64,000 bases of DNA, taken from Mytilus edulis (lineage: Eukaryota). Location of the stretch: the NCBI RefSeq assembly GCF_963676685.1, contig NC_092344.1:32054001-32118000 (forward strand), given 5' to 3'. Under the pieces are notes generated by a model. The model was not told where the DNA came from, did no database searches, and worked only from the letters and a program-made list of their open reading frames with translations. The position numbers and the translations under genes are program-made. Shown here one piece after another: positions 39,480-50,429 of this stretch; within the stretch, counting starts at the first letter, position 1; each line of letters starts with the position of its first letter.

Positions 39480-41078
39480 TTAATAGAAACTAGAAATGTA
39501 GCGGTTCCAAATGTTTATCCTGTAATTATATGTTAGTTTTTTGTAAATTTTCTTTCCTTTCTGTGAAGATGGTGCATTGGGATTCCTTGATTTCCATACT
39601 GATGTAAAGCCTCTGTCCACATTCTCATTCCAATGGCATACTGCCAAATTTGATCTCAATTTATATTGATCATCACCAAAGCAAATTCTTTTGTCTTGAA
39701 ATATGTTCACAACATTATTGAAACTTTCAACATAAAATGTGTCTTTAGCAAGAATGTAATCTTGAGGATATTTATAAATAGTTGAACTTTTTATAGCAAT
39801 CTCTAACATTTTTCTGGCTTTTAAATTTGTAAGTACAGTCCTAGATGGTTCATAGTTTGAATCAAATCTGCACCTTGATGAATGATGACAATTTTCATGG
39901 TTATCACAATAATGGTTAACAATGTTATCCAAACTTTCCTTCAGTTTTAGAGAATTTTGCTCACAGTTACGGACAGCCCAGTTAATGTGTGTTGCTATGG
40001 GTTCAACTTTATCTCCTAGCTGTACACTCCAACTTATACCCTCTGAACGTTTGGTACCTTTGGAAATCTTGGTGACAGCTTTTTTTACAGCCTTGACAGC
40101 ATGCCATAAGTCATTCTGATTGACAGTAAATTGAGTGTCCCTCACAAATTTATTTACAGCCAAATTTCTATCATGTGCATGAATTTTTATGGACACATTT
40201 TTATTCTCCAAATTTTCATAAATAATTTGTGTTCCAAGTCTTTCATGTCGTTGGGCAACTTTATCCTGTGACTTTGTAATATGTTCACAGTCCATCACTT
40301 TGTGAGTTTTTTCTCCTAATGCTACAACTGTAGTATCTTTCGCATTTTTCCTCCAACCGTGCCTAGCATCTGTAATGATGTTGATGCCATCTAGGTCGTC
40401 ATATGAAGAAATTTCATCATTTATGGCATTGTCAACTGATTGAACACTTTCATTTTCAGCATGTTCTTTATATGTTCTAAAGAATTTTGATCTTCTCTCT
40501 TTAGTGATGCAGCCAATTCCTGCCCCATTAACAAATCTAGTGTAATGTACTGGCAAAAGTCTACTGCTATAAAATGCATGACAAATCCTGTGATTGACCA
40601 AGAACTCATCATTCGGAAGGTATGATGATGACGACCATAAATAGGAATGTGATTTCTCCTTGGTACACATCCGTCTTACACATGCTACATGTCCTTTCAT
40701 AGTTCTTTTCCATACTTTTAGCTTTCCATTACAAATACTGGTATGTGCCTCATAGAGTTCTCCATATGTATCCAAAGATTTTTCTGCAGTAACAAACAGT
40801 CCTTGGTCTACATCCTGGCTTCTTGTTTGGGAATAGGTGGATGGAAAAGGATGAAGTTCTTTCAAATTGTCACTTCCAAGTTGTTGTTTAATCCAAAAGT
40901 CTAAAAGTTCCTCTATAATTAAACTATTGTTAACTGGCTTATTCAAAGTTGAAGTCAAAAAACCCTTTACTTTTTGAAGTTTTTCCAAAATTCTACTTTT
41001 GACAGTTTCGTCACCAGGAATTTCTATTCTAAAATTGGGTGGACGTTTTCGTGAAGAATCTTGTTTTTCAGTAGCCAT
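39480..41078 (-). CDS. Kolobok-type DDE transposase, 532 aa, intact ORF
   Basis: ATG start. Catalytic-type motifs TDARH, HDRN, NDLWH (DxxH), VESFNN, DKR..F and LAVCHWNENVDR parallel the Kolobok pattern DGR..., TDRH, DxWH, LExFHS, PKR, LAxLxxNEN. Confidence 0.88.
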   Translation of the reverse strand: MATEKQDSSRKRPPNFRIEIPGDETVKSRILEKLQKVKGFLTSTLNKPVNNSLIIEELLDFWIKQQLGSDNLKELHPFPSTYSQTRSQDVDQGLFVTAEKSLDTYGELYEAHTSICNGKLKVWKRTMKGHVACVRRMCTKEKSHSYLWSSSSYLPNDEFLVNHRICHAFYSSRLLPVHYTRFVNGAGIGCITKERRSKFFRTYKEHAENESVQSVDNAINDEISSYDDLDGINIITDARHGWRKNAKDTTVVALGEKTHKVMDCEHITKSQDKVAQRHERLGTQIIYENLENKNVSIKIHAHDRNLAVNKFVRDTQFTVNQNDLWHAVKAVKKAVTKISKGTKRSEGISWSVQLGDKVEPIATHINWAVRNCEQNSLKLKESLDNIVNHYCDNHENCHHSSRCRFDSNYEPSRTVLTNLKARKMLEIAIKSSTIYKYPQDYILAKDTFYVESFNNVVNIFQDKRICFGDDQYKLRSNLAVCHWNENVDRGFTSVWKSRNPNAPSSQKGKKIYKKLTYNYRINIWNRYISSFY

Positions 41079-41552
41079 GACTGACCATGAAAGAAACTGA
41101 AGGAATGAGCAGAAATTGGATATGAAATAATCAGGAGGTTATGTTTCATGATATTCAGTTTCAATTTAGAAAAATGTGTCTCAAGGGTTCATGATAATTA
41201 ATTTTTATATAAATAAAAGTGATCTATGCAAATTTCTTTGATCGTTACATGGCTTTTTCAATGATTTTTTTTTTTTTTTTTTTTTTTAATTTCTGTGATT
41301 TGTTTTAAAAAAAAATAGTATTTCATTTCTTGCTAAATGAATAACTACATGTAATCCCCTAATTGCCTCTGGAATTGACATGCAATCCCCTAATTGCCTC
41401 TGGACTTGTTTACAACTATTGAACAAATTTATGAGGTCACCTGCAGAGTCAGCAACTTTCTGTACACATAACCTGGTGATAAAATCCAGACCAGATTATC
41501 TTTGAAGTCAGTATAAATATTTTGTTTGTGTGCCTTCTAAATAATCCTAAAA

Positions 41553-42134
41553 ATGAGTGATAAGAAAGTTACTATGGAATTAAGTGATCTTCAATTAGAA
41601 ACTATAAAACATTTGTTTGGGCATAATGATTGGGAAATTAAAATTCTTGATGACTCTGCTGTTGCTATTGAAAATGGCGGGAATGCACAAAATCTACAGA
41701 TGACCACAGAACAGAGTACTCAAACAGACAATAATGATGAGGATGAAGATGATGAAGACAATGACCAGCCTGAATTTGTTATACAGCAAGACCCGTCTAA
41801 AGAAGAATGCAGATATTGCTCTTGTAGGCCATGCATTACTGATGATCAAAACAGACAAATGTGGTGGCATGGTCAGTCAGAAGTAGCCCATCAAAGAAAC
41901 TCAAGTTTGAGAAAGGAACACTACAAAAGATTTTGGACTATGCTTCTCCATCGTGGAGCCTGGAATGATGATAGATATATGCTTATGAAAGCAGATGCCA
42001 TGACCAGGGACCACAGAAGCCAAAGATTTGACTGGCACAAGAGAGACATTATGCAAAAATGTGTTGTGACACTTGTGCGTTGTTGGTTTCCTAATCCTGG
42101 TGGGTTTCCATATATGGGACACATGTGGGAATAG
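41553..42134 (+). CDS. KolX-like accessory protein with P2X7 C-terminal (ballast)-like Cys-rich domain, 193 aa
   Basis: CxxCxCxPCIT ... RKEHYKRFW ... RDIMQKCVVTLVRCWFPNPGGFPYMGH resembles the ballast/nanor motif CIT...R..AYR....PSC....IR..FP...G.Y.GF. Has an acidic linker and lies between the element TIRs. Confidence 0.8.
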   Translation: MSDKKVTMELSDLQLETIKHLFGHNDWEIKILDDSAVAIENGGNAQNLQMTTEQSTQTDNNDEDEDDEDNDQPEFVIQQDPSKEECRYCSCRPCITDDQNRQMWWHGQSEVAHQRNSSLRKEHYKRFWTMLLHRGAWNDDRYMLMKADAMTRDHRSQRFDWHKRDIMQKCVVTLVRCWFPNPGGFPYMGHMWE

Positions 42135-43597
42135 TTTTTTTGTATTCTCCTGTAGGATTTTTCAATTATTATATCGAAATCCTTTGTTCTGTATATAACA
42201 CAGTTTTGGAGGGAAAATGATTGTGACTGGATAAAATTCAATATTATGACTGTAATTACATTTTTGGGCAAATTAGCTGCATATTTATTTGGTTCTTTGA
42301 ATTATGAAAGAAATATAAAATGGATATGAGGATTAAATAGGAATGGAATGAATTTATCACAACAGGTAAGGTGTTTGTTGATATTTTGCATGGAAGCATG
42401 GCTGCATGCATGGCAACATCTACTTCCTATGTAAACAAAAACAATGTATATATCCGCCCAGCTATCAAAGTATATTTCAAATGAAAAGTACCTCTGCTTC
42501 ATGATTTGTTTTAGGAATATAAAAAAATAGCATTAGTTAATAAATTTTATTTTTCTTGCAACAGATAATATAGTTCAGTTCTAGGTTTGGACAATTTTTT
42601 TTCTAAAAATCACTCTTTGAACAAGCTAGGTTATTCTAAAAAAATATGTCCCTGATATGAATGTGGCAAAGAAATTTGAATTTACCACTATTTCGTTCAT
42701 TGGCTGCTATTTATACTCTTTCCCTGGCCTTTAAATTAAAGGTAAATTTTCAACAACTCCTCCTTACTAGATTTCCTAACGTTACTAATTATCTATACAG
42801 TCATTGATTTCAAACACTTAGGAAAGTCCGCTCTCCATGAGGTCAAATTTAGAAGCGTACATTTGACGTACAAAATTAACAACGTGTACTATTCATTCCT
42901 TATTACTGCGTTGATACCATATCTGATGAACTGCTTTAATACTGACATGATTTTAAAAATACATCTAAAATTGCCTGTTTAAAAAAATATATAAATTACT
43001 ATAAACCAAAGTTTCTAAATCCCTCAATTATAGTTGGCTTTATCTGAATTTAACTATTGCTTTTAAGTTCCTTTTGGTCATATAATATTTTACGATTCTA
43101 TTTTTGTATACAGCACTGGCTTTTTAATGTTTGACGGTTTGACCGTTCCTGATGTTGGTTTAACCAAAAAAGCGCTTCCTTCTTTAGCACGGTAATTTTT
43201 AATTAGAAAGTGCTGTTTTCATTTAGGACAAGTCAATTTTATATTTGTTTATATCCTGACAATTTATATATCTCTTCGTCCGTTTAATCAAACAACGTTA
43301 AATAGTCATACATTCATTTTTCCATAATCAGCAAAATCATTATTAACATAATATATTATAACATATAATGGACAAATATCGTGCTGAGCTGCTTTCAGAT
43401 ATTGAATATTGTATGTACTTTTAAACACATTTTTGAATGTTAATCAATGTTCAGACACACCCTTTAAATGAGGGAGGAAAAGATGTAAGTTGTCCCATTC
43501 CCTCTGCATGTCAAACGTATTAATTTATTTACTGAAGTGGTTGAATAACTTGCAAAGCTTTTTATAACCAAACGAATGAAATTTTTCTTTTTTTAAG

Positions 43598-43894
43598 GTG
43601 ATGAAAAATTTCGTGTACAAATTATCATGCAAATCGAGAGTGACGCGAATAACAGAACAGTTAACATCTTGAACTCCCTAAGGGATGAAATTAATCGGGG
43701 ATTAAAAGGAATAGACTTTGTGTTTGCCTTTACTGGAAGTGTAGTCCTTTGTGTTGATATACTGGTTGAGGAAATGGAAACAGATGAAAATCTGCACCTT
43801 TTATTATTTTCGTTTATGGAAAAAATAATTCAAACTGAAGGTATTAGAGTTCCATCAACTGAATATGTGAATGTCGTCTTGACACATTCTGAAG
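43598..43894 (+). CDS. HEPN-domain gene, exon 4: GDEKFRVQIIMQIE...FAFTGSVVLCVDIL...VVLTHSE (alpha/beta domain with GSVVL motif)
   Basis: Polypyrimidine tract plus aag acceptor, donor GAAG|gtatac; 297 nt, phase 1-1; overlaps track ORF 43627..43908. Assignment to the same gene is inferred from strand and phase. Confidence 0.75.
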
Positions 43895-43956
43895 GTATAC
43901 AGGTTTAATTATTATAATATAATTTTTTCTATATTACTATATATTATGTATAATAG

Positions 43957-44155
43957 TTATAGGAAGATGTAGTGTGAGTGCCAATGAGACAACTCTCCAT
44001 CCAAATAACAATTCAGAAAAAGTAAACAATTATAGGTCAATGTACGGCCTTCAACACGGAGCCTTGGCCTACACCGAATAACAAGCTATAAAGGGCCCCA
44101 AAAATTACTAGTGTAAAACCAATCAAACGGGAAAACCAACAGTATAATCTATATA
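43957..44155 (-). repeat. Dispersed repeat family ending ttgtctcattggca.tca.accacatcttc
   Basis: Related copies at about 20170-20405, 53230-53320, 52090-52150 and 48265-48380. Confidence 0.7.
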
Positions 44156-45304
44156 TATGTTACTCAAAGTAATCATTACGCAGTTTAATTAAAAACGTAT
44201 GTGGTGATAACCTGAAAACAGTTGTCTATCAGACTCTGTTGTGACTCCATGGATCACCTTCATTAATTCTTAAAATCCGGACATTTTCCAAGATGATATT
44301 TTGACTTTAGAAATGTTAGCGTAATATAATTCCCCTTGCATTAAGTTTGATAAAAATTATAAGCAACGACCATATTTTACATGGACTTCAGTTAATCTTA
44401 GAAACCTGCGAGCAAAGGACGGAAAATGGGCAAAAGTACAGAAAATTATGAAATTAAGTCTGATATTCAGATAAAATCAAAGCTATTTTTATATTCAGAA
44501 CGGTGCATTTATATGAGTTTTCAAGATAAGCTGCATAAATTGAAGTTTCAGCAAACATAACTTCAAAACTTCAAAATCAAATTGTAGTTACATTCTCATT
44601 CCAGAGAATTGATAGCTTATTCAAAATTCGCAAGTCGCTGACGATCCATTGGTCTATTTTAAAAAATGGACGTCCTTTTCAGTTCAAAGAAAAACTATAA
44701 CTCAGAACTCAAAAACATTGCGATGCAAGAATTTTATACATGCATTTTTTTCATGATATAGCAATACACATCACAAATTTATGAAGGTGTCTTTTGTTTA
44801 AGAATATTATAATGGTATTTATCGTAATAACCTGAAAAATAAACGGGATTCATGTGGAGTCTGATCAAAAGGAAACACAACCTACACTGACCAAGAAGAA
44901 AATATGAGAATAATTTGATTGACCAGGCACATAAGTTCCAGAGGTAGTTTGCTCAAAATATGTCGCCATGACCAATCAGTCCGTCCAGACGTATTATTTG
45001 GGCAAATATTTATGAGCTGCTATCGCATTGAGCTAATCCACATATCTCCTGATTTAGACCTAGGTATTGACTGTTAAGTCTCCATCAATTTAATGGACTG
45101 CTAACACTGTTAAAATAAGGGTTATAGATTAACTGTCTTCACGTTAAGACCACAATATTTTTTCGGGATTATATTTAATGAGCAATATCTTATCTTCAGT
45201 TTGATTGATATTAATGTATTTTCTTAAAAGTGTGTTTCATAACCATTATTTTTCAAACAATATTCCTACAATTGTCTAGTCTGAGATTTTCTACCATCAA
45301 AGTA

Positions 45305-45590
45305 ATATACTGTTATACTGGAATGTTATAGTATTGTTATACTGGAATGTTATAGTATTGTTATACTGGAATGTTATAGTATTGTTATACTGGAATGTTA
45401 TAGTATTGTCATACTGGAATGTTAATGTTTTGTCATACTGAAATGTTAATGTTTTGTTATACTGAAATGTTAATGTTTTGTTATACTGAAATGTTAATGT
45501 TTTGTTATACTGAAATGTTAATGTTTTGTTATACTGAAATGTTAATGTTTTGTTATACTGAAATGTTAATGTTTTGTTATACTGAAATGA
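45305..45590 (+). repeat. 24-bp minisatellite, about 12 copies in two variant blocks
   Basis: gttatactggaatgttatagtatt repeats, then gttatactgaaatgttaatgtttt repeats. Confidence 0.95.
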
Positions 45591-45881
45591 TAATGGTATA
45601 CTGTAATATTTATGTATTGTTATACTTCTACATGTTATACCCAGCTTTAATACATTCACCAGGTCTATACAAGTTTAGTTTAACTCCTATATCATACCGT
45701 TAAGGCAGCCACTATCAATCAAATGTTTGAACTAGTTTTACGACAATGACAAAAGTTATATATTTCAGGCTGATAACTGGATAATGTTTTGTTTACATAT
45801 TCCACGATAATTAAAGAGGATATTTAAAGGTTGCCTTCCAGAAATCCTGGATTATAATACAAACATTATACTCTATTTCAG

Positions 45882-46085
45882 AAAACACATTATTCGAGAT
45901 GGCGAAAAAGAAAACAAATACTTCGTCTGTAGTTTATCTGAATTTCGATATTGATGCTTGCCATTTTGAAACTGATAAAAAAATGGAAGAAGCACTGAGT
46001 GACATTGTTGAAAACGTTTATATAAAATCAAACGGTAGTGAAATAAAAGGCGATATCAAAGCAACAGTTTTGCCGTTGGAATTCG
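45882..46085 (+). CDS. HEPN-domain gene, exon 5: ENTLFEMAKKKTNTSSVVYLNFDIDACHFETD...KATVLPLEF
   Basis: Acceptor tttcag, donor G|gtaact; 204 nt, phase 1-1; overlaps track ORF 45899..46093. Confidence 0.72.
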
Positions 46086-46702
46086 GTAACTAGTAAAATA
46101 AAAACAATCTTCGCTCATTTATTATATAAAATATAAACAGTGTTACTGCTGAAATTAACAAAATCCGAAATAAAAACAATACACACAAAACGCCAACAGA
46201 TTCCCATGATTATGTGATAAGTAAAGCTTGAAGTGCATGTTTATAAACATTTAATTAACAAAACTAAATGATATGGGAAAAAGTAGAATCACAAAAGTAC
46301 TGAACTCCGAGGAAAATTCAAAACGGAAGGTCCCTAAACAAACGGCAAAATCGAAAGCTCAAACACATCAAACGAACTACTATATGAATACAGCTACAGT
46401 CAAAGAAGTTTCTTTCATAGTTCAAGTTTATTGCAGTTATTCTGTTTGCACTTTGCACTCTGTACTTAGCAGTTATTCTGTGAATTATTTTCAGCCGATG
46501 ACTGGTTTTGTTCCATTATTAAAGAAAAGTCGTATTGCTACCTACATATATGTCGTAGATTTACATCATACGATTTATTTCAAAGAATAATATGCTATGA
46601 TAGCATAGTCAAACATTTATTTGGTTCCTATATCTGTCAATGGCAATAACAATAAGGAAAGCATATCCGTTCAGATTCAATATATGTAATTTCTACTTGC
46701 AG

Positions 46703-46758
46703 ATTCCAATACTGACATTATTATATCCGAACATAAAGAAGTCGGTAAATCGATTCAG
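46703..46758 (+). CDS. Probable small exon 6 (DSNTDIIISEHKEVGKSIQ)
   Basis: Acceptor ttgcag and open phase-1 frame. Two possible donors: G|gtaaat at 46744 or CAG|gtaaat at 46758. Confidence 0.55.
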
Positions 46759-48684
46759 GTAAATATTATATAGATTATACTTATTAGCAGAATGTAATGT
46801 CATATTCCTAATTGATTGAAAATCTCAGTGCATGATTTAAAGATAAGTTCAATCCCGCATTACATGTCCTTTTTCCAAGAAGGGATGAATCATGAATATT
46901 CCTATTTATGGAATAACTAATTACCTTTTCGAATTGAAGTATATACAACACATGGAAGTTTTTAACGACCTTGACTGGCTATACAGCCCTTGCACGGTTA
47001 AAGTTTATAACTTGTCGTCTTATAGTCCGACTATCTGGAAAGATATCGCAGACTTACATCTATGTATTGTACGGTTACATATCTCTTGACCGTTTTGCTT
47101 TCACCTTGCATAGAAGTATATTTGTTCAGCTATTAAAATCAATTTTGCTTATGAGTGCCTGTTTCGAAAAGAAAATTAGCATGATATCGTAGACATATAA
47201 AGAATGATGAAACTAACACTGTGTAAATTTGTTTCTGGATTTTCTTTCATCAGTATCGTTCACGGATGAAGAGCGTTACTGGTGACCTAAGATAATAACA
47301 GATGTTGGATAAACATAATACAAACATTTATAAAGTCAACGTAAAAATAATGCAACCAAGATGGTCACAGCACAAATATCCAATTAATTAATCTCCGACA
47401 AACCATTTATAGCATACAACTTGTCATGATACCGCGTGAAAAGATGACAAAGAATTTCAATGATAATTCACCTTCATAATTCACTTATGATCAAGCCATA
47501 GGAATGACATGAACATTTTGACATTAATGGCCAAGGGTGAATTGCTAGTGTGATGTGCAATTCATATTTTCACTTTCCATGCTAAGCAGTTTTAAATAAC
47601 TCAAATTCAATTCGTCTTTAAGTTTATGGCCTTGGCGCATGCCAAAATCTCGAATAACGTTTGGCACAAGTAAAGCCTGTCGTTGTTATACCACACATTT
47701 CTTCACCTCTTATTAAATTATTATTAAATTTGATACGATGACTTTGAAGACCGTCGATAGTTTCCCTTAGGACCATGATTAAAGGTTCGCATGCAAAATT
47801 TCAATAACTTTGGTTATAAGATTGCAAAGATAATGTGTCCTTGGATTCTAGTTTCAATTTATATCCTAATGAGTTAAATGTCACTGATATTACTTTTCGT
47901 CCAAGATTCTGCCAATAGAAAAGGGGAGAAAGATACCAGAGGGACATTTAAAGTCATAGATATGTTACTAGAATATATATTTAAACCCGGAGAAATGTAT
48001 GGTCGATAGACTTATTTTTCCATAAAGCATCACTGACGTTAATTGTCGAGATGCGCATCTAGTGCAGTACCTTTTGTACCTTTGTAATTAATTATAGTGT
48101 TTACATTGTGCCAAACTTCAATATCCTCCAATTTGTTTTGTGGGTTATCCTGGACGTATGGAATAAACGTACGACAAATTGTAAACATTATCTCATCCTC
48201 TTTGTAAATCTCTCCGAGATCAATTCTTAAAAATTCTTATTTTTCCGGGTCTTTTTTATATATAAATGAGAAAAATTGCTATGTGAACTAATGTCAAAGT
48301 ACGGCCATTACCACAGAGTTTTGACTCACACCTAACAGCAAGTTATAAAGAGCCCCACAATGACTAGTGTAAAACAATTAGTTTATGCATGTCATAATTA
48401 ATGTAAGTTAAAATAATGATTAATCATTATAATGAAGTATTTACGAACAGTTTGCATACTAAATGACTTGAGTTATTTCCTACTGAACAACAATAGCCAG
48501 GTGCCACTTTATAGTCAAAAGTAAAATAACAAAAATACCGAACTCCAATATTCAGTTTGAATTGCATAAATACATTTTGAAAAAAATCTTCAGCTGTCTA
48601 TAAGACATAAACTCCATACATACGTATATATGTCATGATAGAGCGATAATTTGGCTTCGAATTTCAAAGTTATGCATTTTACAG

Positions 48685-48736
48685 GATTTGGTATCTCACA
48701 GACATGACACATGCAGTTTGAAGCATTTCATTGAAG
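48685..48736 (+). CDS. Possible small exon (DLVSHRHDTCSLKHFIE)
   Basis: Acceptor ttttacag; phase 0 to 1 would bridge the 46758 donor and the 54567 exon. Donor gtgttt is weak. Confidence 0.3.
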
Positions 48737-49566
48737 GTGTTTATCATTACTTTACATCAATTGTATCCAACCAACTGTTGCAAGCTTTTTAGCACGTAAA
48801 ACAGTTTGTCTTCTAAATAGTTTCTTTCGTGGTTATAATTCATTTGCCAAACGCAGTTTGAGAGTGGAACTAGCCTTTACTCCATTTGTTATTTTGGTCT
48901 GTCACGGTTACGTTTTGCATTTAGGTCTAAATAGAAATAAGCTGCCAGTCAAAGAGGAATGCTTTACTATAAGTGTGCACATCTTGGATAGTATGACAAT
49001 GAAAAAATGGGTCACTCGACCTACATTTTACACATATTTAATTCTGGTTATGTTTTGCATTACAATACAGAATCTAAGAAACTACAAGTCATAGAGGAAT
49101 GATATATTTTCAGGGAACACATCTTTCATAATAACAAATTTAAGATGTTTAAGGACCTTGAAAAAAAGTTGGTATTTTCGACCAATCGTTTACGCACGGA
49201 TGATTCCGATTAAATTTTGTGTTAGAGTCAAGATGAAAGCAACTACAAGTAAAAGAGGAAGAATAAACGTTACTCCGCACTTCTGTGATATTAATGAAGG
49301 TCCGCACAAAAAATTGGTTATCTGAACACAAAGGCGCTAGGTTTGTTTTAACTATATACATGTATACGCTGCAATAAAAGAAACTTTCAAATCGTTATTA
49401 TATATTTTAATATAGATTTCCAATAAAAATGACATACGTACCTAACTCGACGTATGCACGTAACAAGACCGGTTATTGCTAACCTATTGATTTTGTTAAA
49501 TGCGTCACTCAAGTTTTAACTAAGTATTCCTAAACTATTAAACCCAGTCATGATAAATTTTATTAA

Positions 49567-50429
49567 NNNNNNNNNNNNNNNNNNNNNNNNNNNNNNNNNN
49601 NNNNNNNNNNNNNNNNNNNNNNNNNNNNNNNNNNNNNNNNNNNNNNNNNNNNNNNNNNNNNNNNNNNNNNNNNNNNNNNNNNNNNNNNNNNNNNNNNNNN
49701 NNNNNNNNNNNNNNNNNNNNNNNNNNNNNNNNNNNNNNNNNNNNNNNNNNNNNNNNNNNNNNNNNNNNNNNNNNNNNNNNNNNNNNNNNNNNNNNNNNNN
49801 NNNNNNNNNNNNNNNNNNNNNNNNNNNNNNNNNNNNNNNNNNNNNNNNNNNNNNNNNNNNNNNNNNNNNNNNNNNNNNNNNNNNNNNNNNNNNNNNNNNN
49901 NNNNNNNNNNNNNNNNNNNNNNNNNNNNNNNNNNNNNNNNNNNNNNNNNNNNNNNNNNNNNNNNNNNNNNNNNNNNNNNNNNNNNNNNNNNNNNNNNNNN
50001 NNNNNNNNNNNNNNNNNNNNNNNNNNNNNNNNNNNNNNNNNNNNNNNNNNNNNNNNNNNNNNNNNNNNNNNNNNNNNNNNNNNNNNNNNNNNNNNNNNNN
50101 NNNNNNNNNNNNNNNNNNNNNNNNNNNNNNNNNNNNNNNNNNNNNNNNNNNNNNNNNNNNNNNNNNNNNNNNNNNNNNNNNNNNNNNNNNNNNNNNNNNN
50201 NNNNNNNNNNNNNNNNNNNNNNNNNNNNNNNNNNNNNNNNNNNNNNNNNNNNNNNNNNNNNNNNNNNNNNNNNNNNNNNNNNNNNNNNNNNNNNNNNNNN
50301 NNNNNNNNNNNNNNNNNNNNNNNNNNNNNNNNNNNNNNNNNNNNNNNNNNNNNNNNNNNNNNNNNNNNNNNNNNNNNNNNNNNNNNNNNNNNNNNNNNNN
50401 NNNNNNNNNNNNNNNNNNNNNNNNNNNNN
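49567..50429. other. Assembly gap (863 N)
   Basis: Run of n. Confidence 1.

Larger units (their letters stand above)
28940..41022 (+). repeat. Tandem array, 3025-bp period, 4 copies (about 1.2 kb host intron + about 1.8 kb transposon left part)
   Basis: Unit starts gaagctaagacccc at 28940, 31965, 34990 and 38015. Track ORFs recur at exactly +3025; only a handful of differences separate the copies. Confidence 0.97.
39213..42730. mobile_element. Full-length Kolobok-superfamily DNA transposon, 3518 bp
   Basis: TTAA at 39209-39212 and 42731-42734. Terminal inverted repeat AGGCCAGGG / CCCTGGCCT, plus a shared subterminal AGCCAAT..GAAAT motif. Contains two divergent intact ORFs. Confidence 0.88.

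Noticed and set aside
44229-44864. Possible MITE (atcagactc / gagtctgat)
   Set aside because: The inverted repeat is too short and has no clear TSD.
45297-45703. Repetitive ORFs (FQYNKTLT / MLMFCYTE); CRISPR-like appearance
   Set aside because: Translation of a 24-bp minisatellite; there are no unique spacers and no cas genes, and the DNA is eukaryotic.
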